Source: the human T2T-CHM13v2.0 reference genome, Homo sapiens
Length of the DNA stretch: 64,000 bases
Assembly: GCF_009914755.1 (NCBI RefSeq)
Contig: NC_060936.1
Reading direction: 5' to 3' (one strand)
Shown here: positions 41,184-56,764 of the stretch, piece by piece
Layout of the letters: each line of letters starts with the position of its first letter
How positions within the stretch are numbered: the stretch's first letter is position 1
The notes under the pieces: model-generated
Told to the model about the DNA's origin: nothing
Seen by the model: only the letters and a program-made list of their open reading frames with translations
The model's database searches: none
Program-made: the position numbers and the translations under genes

Positions 41184-41321
41184 CTTATTTGAACCAATTA
41201 GACAGGGATATGCAAATTAATTGGCCATGATATCAGGGTCAAGCAATAATATGCAAATAAACTGGCATCTTATTGAGCTAATGGGACAGGAATATGCATA
41301 ATAATTTGGCTGTGATGTCAG
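41184..41321. promoter_or_regulatory. POU octamer cluster (candidate enhancer)
   Basis: ATGCAAAT at 41210 and 41251; ATGCATAAT at 41294. Confidence 0.4.
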
Positions 41322-41779
41322 AAGCTTCATCATAATTTTAGGCATGAATGTTACAATATAATATCAATTCTGGGATACTTCAAAATGCTTAATTACAATA
41401 TTGATAAAATAATCTGAATTCGTAAAACATGAACAGATTGGTCTAAAAAACAAATGACAAGTCTTGAAACTGGATCATTCTAGAAAATGAGTAATTAGAA
41501 AGGATTATAGCCAAGCCCGGTACAAGTTGGGACCCAGGCACAGTTATCCACAGAATGGATAGAAATGCTCTGCCTGAAGGACTAAAAGTTTTAGAGAAAT
41601 GAGCAGATGTGAAATCAAGAGAAATAAGTGATAGGCTGTAATGTATTTGTTCAGAAGAGTTAGCCCAAAAACTCCTAAGTAGATTCTTTAGCCAGCAGGT
41701 ATATATCCAATCAGTCAACAAACATCATGTGAAAACTCCTCTGTGCCAGGCACCATGCCAGTCCTTGAGAATATGAGTA

Positions 41780-42012
41780 AAAACAGCAGACACTTGCATA
41801 GCAGAATGTGAGCCCAGACACTGTTCTAAATGCTTTACATATGGCTAACTGATTTAATCCCCAGTACAACCCTATGAGGTAGATACTATTTTTAATGTGA
41901 TTTTATTGATGATGGAACTGAAGGACAGAGAGGTACATAACTTACCCAAGGTCACAGGATTACTATTTGACAGAGCTAGGATGTCAACCCAAGCAGACTG
42001 TCTTCAGACTCC
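41780..42012 (-). mobile_element. MIR
   Basis: tttaatcc...aaccctatgaggtagatactatt...aacttacccaaggtcaca core. Confidence 0.75.
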
Positions 42013-44070
42013 AATGAATAAAACCTGATGTCTAGGTCCTTATCATTGCTCAGCAGGTTCAACCTGGAGAACAGGTGGATAACTACATGCTGCAGTTTGA
42101 AAGATGTCCAAAAGTGACCTGATTCCAAATATCCTCTATACTCAAGCTAAAATTCTATCATGGAACTCACTAACATAAATCAGTTGGTTGACTGTTTAAT
42201 TAGTTCTTCAGCTACTTAGACAGCAAAGGTGAGATCAACAAGTCCATAACACCAGACATTGAATAGTTATAGATGATTTTTATGCTGGAAAGGACTGTAT
42301 CAGTTTCTCCCTAATGTACAGATTGGTATGTTATTTTAGTGACTTATTCTTCACACACAAAAGAAGATGAGACACAAAACAGTGACATTTCAGCTGTATC
42401 TGTGGTACAGAAGAGAGGTTGCCGAACATGGTAGAAGAGAGTCCAAGTTTAAGGGATTTGAGTGCCTTTTAGAGATTAAAGAAAAATTTTACCTACAACT
42501 AAATTTTAGCAAGGGCTAATTCTGTAAAGGAGTATGTGATATTATTGGGAGAGGGGCAGTATGATGTAGGAGTACAAAAGCTTACTACCCTTGTAAATTG
42601 TTATGGGACTCTTTGGGTCAAAATTACATATATAAATACTAAAATTAAAGAAATTTGAATTGCAATAGACAACTTACCAGGAAAACACATGTCAGCTAGA
42701 TAATTTTAACAAGAGAAATCTACAGATGAAGAAGTAGAAACAGGGAGTTCCAAAGAGGTCTGTTCTAAGGCACTTTCACCAGTCACCTTAAAACTCATAA
42801 TTCTGAAGATAAGATAAACGTTTCCAGCCATTGAAATGCAAAGCTCAGTGGTAAATTTAAAAAATCTAGCTAAGCTGAGTAAGCCAAAAAATGTGGTAGA
42901 TGTGCTTCATTTGGGTCAAGCTAAAAAATAATACACTAAAAGGAAAACGTGACCCAATTTAGAGTATAGAGTAATAGGATCAATTATAAATCAAGAAAAA
43001 TGTCACATAGAACCATCCATTGAAGACATTCACCAAGTGAACATGTCTTTTTTGCTACCCCAAAAAAGGCTTGATGTTGTCACAGAAGATTTTATAAATA
43101 AAAGGGAGGGAAAATCTCCTACCTTTGTCCAATTCCAGAGCTCATTCATGTGTACAACACACAGAGTTTTGGTTGTTCACCTCAGAAAAGACAGTGGTAT
43201 TAGATGACTATCTGCTGGAGGAAAGCAGCTACAATAAAGGGATGAAGGGGCCGTGTGTGAGGACAGGCTAGGAACAGCGGGACTTTGTGGTCTGAAAAGG
43301 ATATGATGAAAGTCTGAAAATCATGAAAGGTAGAGCTAGAGTAATACCTACCTATTTATCACATCCCACAATACTAGAATCAGGAAGTCACCTTGATGTT
43401 TGAAAGAGAATAGATAAAAGGGATAGCTATTCAGGATGATCTCAAAGGCACCTTTCTACTCAAAAATTCTTTGTCAAATTTTCTTTACTACTTTACATTT
43501 GGGTTGTAAATACGTGTTGCTCTAGGAAATGGAACAGATTGAAATATAAGACTGAGATAAGTGTAGGTCTGTTTTGTGTTATAGGCTTACAAGGAGACAT
43601 CTCTAAACCTTTGTGTTGTCTTGTAGGAACCCCTCATGCCTTTCCATGGGTAACCATAAATAGCCCACAGCTGCATATCTCACTAATCCAACCCAGAATG
43701 CTTACATTTGCATCCTTCAGTTGGCCACTTCTATTCCCTTCTCTTCATTCAGTATACAGAAAAAAAAATAAGGAGGGTCAGAATTTCTAATAGGTAATTG
43801 CACTGGGAGGAATAGAGTCCCCACAAATTCCTATTTTTAAAAATTATGTTTAGTGGGTTCTTTCAGGAGATATTTGGGAGTTTCTAATAAAACTATTAGA
43901 AACATGTAGCAAAAGTCGGTGCTATTCCCCCTTCCTTTTACAAAGGTATAAGATTCCTGTTAGTAAAGCCTATAATAGGTGACAAAAGCATGCAAAGTTT
44001 TGAGTCTCAAACACTATAATAATGCTCAGAAATGGAAACATCAAAGACAGTCTTTTAAAAACAACTGTAC

Positions 44071-44379
44071 TGGCCAGGTGCAGTGGCTCACACCTGTAAT
44101 CCCAGTACTTGGGCAGGCCAAGGTGGGAGGCTCGCTTGAGCCCAGGAGTTTGAGATCAGCCTGAGCTGCATAGTGGGACCCCCATCTCTACAAAAAAAAT
44201 TAAAAAAAAAAAAAAATAGCCAGGAATGGTAGCGCACACCTGTGGTCCCAGCTACATGGGAAGCTGAGGTGAGAAGATCTCTCAAGCCCAGGACGTCAAG
44301 GCTGCAGTGAGCTGTGATTGTGCCACTGCACTCCAGCCTGAGTGACAAAGCGTGTCCCTGTCTCAAAAAAAAAAAAAAA
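44071..44379 (+). mobile_element. AluJ
   Basis: cgcttgagcccaggagtttgag J diagnostics, A-tail; TSD-like aa(c/t)tgtact. Confidence 0.92.
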
Positions 44380-45789
44380 TTGTACTTTATTATAATCACT
44401 TCTGCTTCCAAAAGTATATACTGTTTCTACTTGGTTCCTTAATCCCTTATTCTTAATCTCAGTTATAAAAATATCATTCTTGTTCCCTTTTCACCATAGT
44501 CTTGCCACTTGCTGCACCATGAGCTACTTTGAGAGCAGGGATTGTGTCTACTTATGTCTGTGTTCTCAGAGCCCCTAGCATATATGCTGAAGAAACAGAC
44601 CTTAATATACCCTGCCTAAACAATCAGTTTTAAATTTTTAAATTCCACTAATCTAACTGATTATTTTGTCTTCATCTTCCAAATGATCTGACTTAATTTC
44701 ATCACTTAATGCAATTATTTTGGCATCATATAGTAGTAATCCTATTATAATAGAAATATCGGCTCATAAATAAAAACCAGACAATGGAATTCTTAAAACC
44801 AATTGGTTATTTTAGCCATCATTTTCAGAAGATTTTACTTCCTTCCTTCATTTCCCCCCTCCCCACCCCCTTTAATGGTTAAACGAAAGAAAAACAGACT
44901 ATCTCCAAGAGATAAAAGAGAGTGACACAGAAATGCACACATTACTGTAGTTATACCTCAACGACAGTCATAAAGGCATTTTCAAGGGAAAAAGTAAAGA
45001 CAGAGAATGATCCCTTGGTCACCTTTTGCCCAGCATGAACAGATAAGGCAATGATTCAGCATCTTACTTGTCCACTGTTTTAAAGACTAACTCCTTATCA
45101 AAGGAAGTCAAAAGACCATACCGGCTGACAGCCTTTTTAAATTACTAATGGCCTAAATTTTGCGGTACATCATTTTCAATGATGACTGGACAACTAGGAG
45201 GCTTCCTATAATTTTTTCTTTCAGAAATAAATGATTTTATTTAACTTAAAAAAAGAATTAAGCGCATTTATTTTATATCCTCAGAACCACTGAAACTGCT
45301 TTTAGCCAAAACTAAAGCAACATGATTAAGAAATTAATAGATTTCAAACTACTGATTTCAGTCAACAATATGACAGTGTAATTAACTAATAAAGTGTCCC
45401 GTTAACAAACAAAAAGAGCCGAATGCACATTTCGTGATAGTGCACTTGCAGAATTACTACATATACTACATATACATATGAAACTGCAAGATTACTCAGT
45501 AATCTACTGACGCAGCTGTCATTTTTAGAGAATATTATGAACTTCCATATCCTTATTAAGGAAACAAATGCTTTCACAAATAGCCCTGTGTTTAAATATT
45601 TATCTAGAATTTTAGTTTTAAAATTATAGGAAAGCTCAAGAAATAAAGTTAATCCACAACCCCACCACTTCTTTTCATACATAAGTAAAAAAGTAACTCA
45701 AATCAGCCCCCTCTAATCCTTTCCCATTCCTCAGAGTTAATTGACTCAAGGAAATAATTTGAAATTTCATATCCTTCCAGGTTTTCTTT

Positions 45790-46250
45790 CTGCTTATATC
45801 AATTCTATACATATATATACAAATATATATACATTTTACAAAATGGGATTTTAAACACATTATTCTGTAATTATTTTTAACCTACCAATATATAATGGAG
45901 ATCCTTTGGGCCAACATATAGATCTGCCATATCTAGTGGTTGCATAGCATCCCTTTGTTCGAATGTATCATGGTATATTTAGTAATTCTCTTATAAATAT
46001 AACTATGAGAAAAACTATATAAATTCACTGAAAGACTTCAAATGAGACCTAAATAAATAGAAAAATAACATGCTCTTGGATAGGGAACAATATAGTAAAG
46101 ATGTCATGCTTCCCAAATAAATGCCATAAATGAATTTGAAAGATGAGTAACACACGAAAAGAAAGCTTTGCCTCACATAAACAGATCAAGTATTAATATC
46201 CCTGTAATACAAAGAGTTTCTACATATCAGTGAGAAAGAAAAGCAATAGG
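45790..46250. mobile_element. Old L1M fragments
   Basis: L1 3'UTR-like minus fragment followed by ORF2-like plus fragment (agacctaaataaatag...catgctcttggataggg); boundaries approximate. Confidence 0.5.
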
Positions 46251-47519
46251 AGAAAGTCTCTATTTTATTAATGTTCCTAAAATTTACTTGCTGCTGCTTC
46301 TACTACTGGCTGCTGTTGCTGAGAAGTAAAATGTTACATTTATACAATGTCATTATGCATCTAAATAAGAAAGGATTTTAAAGTAAGATGCAATTACCCT
46401 AAGTTCAAAATCTAAAAATGTGTTGCTTAAAAAGACAGCCTAGACTGATTGCAAAGAGTACCAGAAAAAAAAAAAAAAAAGCAGGTCATTAGCTTGTAGA
46501 TTTTCATATTTTCATCAACTATATTTGCAGGAGTCTGAATCCATTAAAACACTCAATCCAGCAGCATTATTATGATAACAACTTGAAAAGATATGTGACA
46601 GTCACTAAAAGTCAAAGTAAAAATACATACCGCTATGAAAGTCATTTTGAAGGGAAGTTCCCAATTTCTAGACTTTATAAAAACAATTAAGCATCTGAAA
46701 GCTACTTTTACTAAAAGTTGCCAATTCGTGTATCTAGAAAACACTCCTGCATTTTACAGCACTGTCTTTAATGTAGTGAAAATATTGCAAATGAAACTAG
46801 CCTAAAGGGCAATAATATATCACAGTATATCTCCAGTTACAGTAATTAGGAATCTATTCTAATCTTACCTGAAAGATATGTTAGTGTTTTATGTTTATAA
46901 GGATTTCACCAAAATTTTTTAAAAATAGCTTAGTAGAAGAGATTTTAAAAGAGGCAGTGAATGTTTATGAATTATGCAAGTCTGAACTTTCATTTTAATA
47001 ACTCCATTAAAATATAAAAACCTTAAAAGCCTCCCATCAGGAATTTAACTTTATAGAAATGCTTTATATGTGCCCTGACCTTGCCAAGAGGCAGGCCTAA
47101 GGCATGATTTAACAGTTACTACAAGGCAAAGCCTAATAATAAATACCTATCTGAAAATGCCAGCATTTGTCCCTGCCTCCTTGGCCTCCAGTGGAGTTGC
47201 AACTCAGCCATAAACAGGCCCTCTCCTGAGAGACAGCAGGGCGCAGCAGAAAGGGAGCAGCAACTGGCCCTGGAAAGCCTGGATCGGAAGCCTTTAACCT
47301 TTCTGATCCTCAGTCTGTTCATCTATAAAACTAGGGTATTAGAGACAGCCATATTGTTGAATAAACAAATGAGATAACATTAGGTGAAAGCTCCAGGTAG
47401 AAAGCACTATATAAATATTGGTTATTTCTAAGCAAAAGACAGTTCTTGGTTAACTCTTAATTTTTGTCACCATATCCTGGCTCCAGGAGAATGTGTGTTC
47501 CTATATGGCTGATATAAAT

Positions 47520-47524
<5 letters not shown>

Positions 47525-47576
<52 letters not shown>
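47525..47576 (+). repeat. (TG)26 microsatellite
   Basis: Directly visible. Confidence 0.98.
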
Positions 47577-47578
<2 letters not shown>

Positions 47579-48392
47579 CAAAGAATGCCTCTTCATTATT
47601 TGGATGGCAGTTAACTGCTTTGGCTAACTTATGTTGGCATCCTGAAGCTAACAGCAAATCCTCCTCCCATCTCCTGTAACTTGTGGCCACAAGACCCAGC
47701 ATATTTTATAAGAAATCAGACCAGTAGTATATTTCTACGATCTTCAGTTTGTTAAGCTATTTATTTGAGTTAAGACACCGAGTTGTCTTCCAAGTACTTC
47801 TTTTATGATAACAGATCCAAGACAGACACAGCTAATTTGGGCAACAAGTAGGGACAAAGAGGAAGAACAGAGCCTCTGTCATCCTAATTATCAAGTTAAT
47901 GCCTGGTTGCTGGACAAACTCTCCCTCTCTCTAAAATGAACCACCGCAAGTTGGAACCTGCTGTTGCAATGTTAATTTGACTAGAAGTGGCAGGACCTGG
48001 TCCCAGAGCAGCTCCTGGTTGTCTTTCCAAATAATTTTGCCCCAGGTAATAAATACCTAATTGATGCAATATGAGTCAGTATTTGTTGTTCATTGCTACA
48101 TAATTGAGTGGTCAAGGTTTCATCTTTCACCTGTCTCTACAAATTCTTAATCTCCACAAGTAGTCAACATTAAAAACAAGAAAGTTACCCATGTAAATTT
48201 CTACATGCTTGCATCCAAACACCCTTTGACTCTCTTCAGCTTGCTTTCCTCTCGATGAAATTTCATTTTCCATATTAAACATATCTCCAGGCTGTGCCCA
48301 TCTTGGCATTTCAAAAAAAAAATAGAAAAACCTGGTTGGATTATACGTCTGCCTTCTCCTTAAATCAGATGAATTGCTCCACTTGCCGGTAG

Positions 48393-48468
48393 GATAAATA
48401 GTTCAGTTAAAGCATATACTAAGAATCTCAGATAAGTAGCTCAGTTAAAACATATACTAAGAACCTAG
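48393..48468 (+). repeat. 2x38-bp imperfect tandem duplication
   Basis: gataaatagttcagttaaagcatatactaagaatctca / gataagtagctcagttaaaacatatactaagaacctag. Confidence 0.85.
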
Positions 48469-48522
48469 GTAAGAAATGTGAAAAAAAAATATTGCTTATT
48501 AGTCCTACAGCAGAGATGATAC

Positions 48523-49638
<1,116 letters not shown>

Positions 49639-49828
49639 TTATAACACTTTGATTTGTCATTTTACTAATTGCTAAATTTGCCCATATCAGTCATGTTGAA
49701 CTGTGCCTCCCTCAAACAACTAGCAAGACTGATCTGAGGTTGAACCAATTGCTTAGGAAACATCCTCTATGAAGCTATAAACCTGAAACCTATCTATATT
49801 CAGTCTCTGGAGATGAAAGTGTCAGAGC

Positions 49829-50116
49829 TGGCAGGGCATGGTGGCTCATCCCTGTAATCCCAGAACTTTAGAAGGCTGAGGCAGGAGGATTGCTGGAAAC
49901 CAGGAGTTTGAGACCAGCCTGGGCAACATAGTGAAACCCTGTCTCTACAAAAATTATTAGCCAGGCATGGTGGCATATGCCTGTAGTCCTAATTACATGG
50001 GAAGGTGAGGCAGGAGGATTGCTTGAGCCCAGGAGGCTCAAGCCCATGATCACTCATACTGCCACACTCCAGACTGGGTGACAAAGCGAGACTCTGCCTC
50101 AAAAAGAAAAGAAAAA
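49829..50116 (+). mobile_element. AluJ
   Basis: Diverged Alu; TSD gaaagtgtcaga. Confidence 0.9.
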
Positions 50117-51110
50117 GAAAGTGTCAGATAAATTTAAGAGGTACATTTCAGCCTGATCCATATTGAGATTAAGGGCTGCTTTCTTTTTAAATAAAGATAT
50201 GTTTAGTATTTCTACAATAGGATTCAATACAATAGAATTGAAAGTATGTGTAAGTTTAGCCCAAAGCTAAAGAGAAAGATACTATTCTCAAGCCAAATTA
50301 CATACAGTATGTAGATGTACCTGTATCTTTATCTTTTTTTATTTTTTTTGAGACAGGCAGATATATCTTTTAAAATTGACTTGGCCTCATACTTTTATAG
50401 CACATGCAGATTTTGATTCTTGTAACTGTCACTTGAAATTTTGTTTTTTAAAGCTAAATTAGTCCAATCATCTTGCATGCTGCAAGAGGAACTAGTTATT
50501 CAAACTATGAGAATTTAGTATTTGCTTACAAGCAAGATAACAAGAATGGAATCTTTTTTATCTTGGGTGGGTCAGTGAGCAAAAAGATATTTCTTTTTAT
50601 TTCTGTGTGCTATTAATATGGGTGGTTCTTATCATTGCCTCTCTAACTTTCCATTTAAATTTCAAAATGATTTAATCTTAAATGTAAAACAACTGTGAAA
50701 TCTTATTACCGAGATTATTTATTTCAAAAATGAGTCTCCGGCAACAGAGTTCCTATACTCTATGCTGAGAGATCTGGAATATTGCATTCATTTCTGAAAA
50801 CACACTTAAGAGGAGAGACATTAACTTTCTGAAGCAAATTCAGCAGGAAATCAGGGTCATGCAGAGGGCAGATACAGTCTCAGTTAAGGAACAGTTCAGG
50901 CAATTGGAGATGTTTAAGCTGCAAAATACAGAATTCAAAGAGGACATAACTGTCTGAAAAATGTGAGAAAAGAATTGAACCTACTCTTATTAACTATAAA
51001 GACCTGAACTGGGATCCATGAGTATAAGTGATGGAAATCCATACTTGGTTCTTCCCATTTTAGTTCCCAAACAAAAGCTAGAGGAAAGTTTATCAGAAAT
51101 ACTGAGTTAG

Positions 51111-51482
<372 letters not shown>

Positions 51483-54400
51483 TTAACCTATTAAATCCCT
51501 CCAATCTTCTAAAGTTTCATTTTAAAACTCTAAAAGATCATGCCCAGCCTAAAGACAACATCAGCCCATGGAAGAGCACATCTATTAAAGACAAATGTAT
51601 CCTCACCAAAAGTGATTATTTTATTTTTTCCTTAAGATAATACGAATGAAAGACTACTACTGCTAATAATAATTATAGTTATAATCTAGTCAGTGCTTTC
51701 TCTGCTGTGCATTTACTAATTTCGTCTTGTTTAATCCTATTCATACTCTCATGAGGTAGGTATGGTTATCCCCATATATGAATGAGAAAACTAAGGTTTG
51801 GAAAAGAGACTCGCTCAAGGTCACAAGGTAAAGAAATGGCAAAGGCCCAGCTCCTCACTCCAGCTGCATCTGTTACCTAAGCCTGCCCACTTACTCACAG
51901 CTTCCCCCACCTAGACAGTGCACACTGTAATTTCAATTGGCCATAATCCCCAAATCATAGAAACCTCAACTCTAGAAGATAATGAATGCTCTTGAGCAGC
52001 AAAATGATCATCAGTTGACTCACAATGAATACTCTCTATAGATTATTTTGACAAAGTAACGCTATCCAACTGTGCCTGCAAATGCCAACACATGCAAATC
52101 CCTGCGACTTCATAAACAGCAAATGCCCTAATGAGCTAAAGAAACAATTGCTCTTTATTCATTTTCTTCAGTGTGTTTCTTATTTCTGCTGGAAAATAAT
52201 GTCCAGAAGGAATTTGTGTTCTATTCAATGACTATAAAAAAGAGGAAGGTTAGTGTTTACAAGTTTACATAATACAAAAAAGAGTGGCCGTGAAACAGTG
52301 AGCTGTGGCTTCCTGGTGGGAAGACACTCACATGCAGCCTGTGACTTCCTGGGCAGTTTTAATTTACTTTTAATCATTTCAGAAGTCATGCCTCAGAGGT
52401 TTGAGATAAAAAGTTTCATAGCATCTTACCTTTTTCTTTTCTGCCCCTCCTTTTTTAGTTTGGTAAAATGTAGTCCAGAAAAACAGGTGGAGGGGGAAGA
52501 GCCAGTTTAAGTATTTGCTCCTCCAGGAAACTTCCCACATATCCTAAACCCATCTTTGTTCTTCTTTACCTTTATACTGTCCACGTTTTTTCACTTGATC
52601 ACTGACTGTTGTGTTTCTTCAACTGTGTTCTGTACATACCTTTTCTCATTCATGAGAATGAATTGTTTAATCATCAGGGTTGCCAACACCCTCATTATTT
52701 CTTTTTCTGTGTTCCCATGGTGCACTGGAGTTATCTCGTCCCATGATTTATCACACACTGTAGGTATTCGTGGCTCTTTCTCTGTGAACTCCTTTAAGGA
52801 GACCAACTTAATTCACTTTTGCATAACCGTCATCTAGCATCGCCTAGCACATTGTAGGCCCCCATGAAGAAATTAAATTAAATGAAAACTCGAATAGTTC
52901 ACTTAATCCCCAGTGTTTAACATATAGTATGAACTGAATTGAAGTAAAGTGAATTAAATTCAATCAGAACAAATCAAAATGAACTGAAATGATTATAAGA
53001 CATTATTATGTTGGATAAAGTTATCCAGATTATATTTATAATTTGTAGAAAAATTGATTAGCACAGCCTAGCTATGTTGTTGTGTGATTCCTATGATGGA
53101 CACTCAGGATTGCCCATTATGTTACTACCATAGAAAGGTCAGCAGCCTTTAGGCCCAATATTACAGCTAGTTCTTTAAGCTGAGGCCATAAGGGTAGACA
53201 CAGTCTAAATCACTGTGTATTGGCTGAGAAATGTAGACCAAACTCCGGAAGGCTGACAGTATTTCTGAACAAGCAAATGATGCTTAAAGTGAACTGAAGC
53301 TGTTGATTATACAGGAGGATTCCCCAACAAGTAGATCTAAAATTTCATTTCCAGGGCTAAGTCACCTTCTTGGTCCATGGTTTGCTGTGATCTCAGAGGG
53401 AGAGGAAACCATACCCACAACAGCCCCTCATCCCTCCCCTCTCTTCTTATCTCTAGCTTCTAAATAGTTGTCCATCAGCACGCACTGTGCACCCCATCTG
53501 AGTTCAGCTGTGTGTTAGGCACCTGAAATTCAGTCAATACCATGAACATTATCTCTCCACTTTTGGGTCCTAACTTCTCAAAAAGGAGACCAACAATAAG
53601 TAAGTACCAAAAATATTAATCATAAATGATCACAAATTCTATCAGGCTGTGAAAGAGAGAAATGACAAGATATTTCCCTCATCCAAAAATGTAGACTCTG
53701 ATTTAGGAGTATAGGCAATTCTTTTCTCAAAATTATATCTCTTTTCATCAAAAAAAGTAATTATTGGTAAACCAGATAAATAAGCATTTTGTAAAAATGA
53801 AAATGATTGGGGGAGAGAGGAATATCCTCTCCTACAATTTGTGCTTAACTAGCTTAGGTTTGTCCGATGAGATCAGACATCTTTTAATGTTGATGATGTT
53901 CACCTATCAGTAAAACTTTGGGAGCACATTCCTCTTTATACATTTACTTGTAGGTTTGTAAGTGTATATAGACCACTATAGTAATATAAAATGGACATTA
54001 TAAACTTAAAAGTCAAAAAATGTAAAAGATAAAGCAAAAGTAAACATTTTACAATTTGCTTTATGAATGATAAAAATGTTATTCTCCCTTTAAAATATAA
54101 TTACTAATTTGTTAATAATAAATATGCCTCACTTTTCTTTAAGATATCTGTTTAACTTTGTAATGTAGCAATTCACAAGCATAATATTAGATTCCATTTA
54201 TTTCAACACTTAGTTTTATAGATGGTCACATCAAAAAAATGCCTCACAAATGCACAATATTCATAATATTTAATATGAACTTAGTTTGGAATTTACAGAA
54301 AATATGTCAATATATCACATCGACTGAAGTTTTTTATTTTTTTTAAATCAAAACTTTTAAAAGCTTAAAACTTTTAAACTTTTAGAGAAGCTTTTAGCCA

Positions 54401-55513
54401 GCTTCTCTAACCTGAAATAGATGATCATTTTTACCTGTAGGCATGACTGACAGAGCACAGCTGAAGAAGAGGTACCAGCTGGGTCATATTCTCATTTCTC
54501 ACTCGTGTTTGCATTATCAAGTTTTCTTCAAGCCACAGTTGTTGTTCAGGACTCATTTTAGGCAACATGCTCATTTTGTGAAGAGTAGTTTGGTTACAAT
54601 TAAATAACATAATCTATAAACCAATTTAACTGGGCTCACATAAAGCGCAATACATAGAAAAATGCTAACAGCAAATAAAGTGCAGGCCCCTCTGGCACCC
54701 CACCCCACGGTGGCGCTTCCATGCCACCCTCAGGAAACCTTGAGTACTGCGTGTGAATCATGCCAGAACAGGGGCACCTCTGTGATACTGTACATCAGAC
54801 CTCAGTAAATTTCCAATCCTTTATTTTTAGAAGAAGAAAATAAAGTAGAAACTCTGGTATTTTCTTCTGGGGTGCCAGAAGTAAATATTTGAATTTCTAC
54901 TTTATTTTTTCCACACTGGAGATCAGAGAAACTAAAGGTTTCAAGTTTATAAACCAAAAGTCGGCCAGCAAATACATTTTCCTTTCCTTTCTCTTACCAA
55001 AGAGAAAAAGATGATATCATGTTGATTAAGTTTTGTCTTTATAGACCAACTATTCATTAACCAGAAGGACAGATCATTGTTATTTATTAATGTGATACCT
55101 AATTTTTATTTTAAAAGGGTACACATTCTAACAAATGGTAATTTCTTCATAATTTTCAAAAATAATGCCGGGTTTTAAAAAGAAAAACAGATGATGTAAA
55201 GAGGCACTAAACCAGATTAGTTTCAGGACATTCAATGTCACCAGAAGGATAGGAATGGCTGGATGTTGCACCTATAAAGGGAAACACTGGATGGGTAGCA
55301 GGATGGCTGCTCACAAGGATTTGAAGAACTACCCTGTGGACAAAAGTATGGAATCACATATTCAGCAAATATGTATTAAATGCCTACTTACTAAGTGCCA
55401 CAGTGAGGAGCTGGAGAGCTGGTGGTAGTGAGATGGATTTTGTGATACCTGCCTACAAAGAGCTTGGAACGAGCTCAGGGAGATCCACTTTAAAATACTG
55501 TGTGATTTAGATT

Positions 55514-55834
55514 AGGAGTAAACAAACTTTTTTTGTAAAGGACCAGATAGTAAATATTTTAGGCTTTGCAGGCCACATGGTCTCTCGCAACTAAATATTC
55601 AACTCTATTGCAACACAAAAGCAGCCACAGACAGTCTGTAAGGAGTAGACATAGCTGTGTTCTAATCAAACTTTTTATTTATGGATACTGATATGCAAAT
55701 TTCATGTAATTTTATATGTCATGAAATATTAATCTTTTTTATTTTTTTCAACTCTAAAAATGTAAACATTTTCTTAGCTTACGACCTACAGAAACATGCA
55801 GCAGCCAGATCTGGTCCACAGGTAGTAACCTGCC
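55514..55834. mobile_element. MER58B-like hAT-Charlie MITE
   Basis: aaacttttt..gtaaaggaccagatagtaaatattttaggctttgcaggccac start with the longer B-type internal segment. Confidence 0.8.
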
Positions 55835-56764
55835 GGGAGCTAATTAACAGGATTTCACAAGAGCTCAGAGGAAGAGTACTTAACCTCCACTGGAGATTTC
55901 GTGGGCGCTTCCTGGAGAAACCAAGAACCGGGTTGAGGGATTGTGCAGGGCAAAGGGATAGGCCAAAAGGACAGTGAGAGCTAAGGCCTGGTTGTACAAA
56001 ACAGATCGTGTAGTGTAGAGGAGCTGCTAAGAAATGAAGTTAGAGAGGCAGAGCCCAGTCAGGAAAGTTGAACTTTATGTTCCAGAGGTGGTGAGTAGCC
56101 ACTGCAGGGATTTAAGCAGGGAGTTTGTGCTGCAAACTGTAACATTAATTCCAGCTCAGGCTGTGGAATCAAACTGACATGATTAGGATCCCAGTTCTGC
56201 CACTCACCAAGCATCTGAATTCAAATCATTTTCTTATCCTCTTCAAATATCAGTTCCATCATCTGAAAACCAAAGATAATCCCTACCTTGCTCTTTGTTA
56301 TTCTCTATTCTTGTACCTGTCTGCTTCACTTATTGCTCATAGTGTCACAACTGGTAATATAAATTTCATTGCTAACTTGTTATTTGACTGATGCCCCCTC
56401 TAGATTGTGGGGCCATGTCATCATCCATATAAACCAGGTACCTAGCAGGGCGCCTGACTCAAAAGTACCTGATGAATAAATGGAAAAAAAAAATCAACTC
56501 ACAATGATAAAGCCAACCATCTCCCACCTTGTAGTTCTATCACTATCCATGCTTGCTTCTTGCCTTACAAGGATAAATATGTTGTATCATTTATTTAAAA
56601 CTTGGAATAAAGTCATAAAGAAAAATGATTAATCATTTCTATACATCTATCTTATCCATAATGTTTATTTTCTTGAGCAAGTTCTCATTACACTTCATTT
56701 TGCCACATGGCTTTTCCTTCTTCCACTGAGACGCACTTCCTCCAAGAAACTTTCTTAATCTAAA

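Noticed and set aside
47233-47250. CTCF-like motif ACAGCAGGGCGCAG (others near 54700 and 62547)
   Set aside because: Two or more mismatches at core positions; not supportable without ChIP data.
50330-50360. Poly(T)-gagacagg as a tiny Alu insertion
   Set aside because: Too short to call and no clear TSD.
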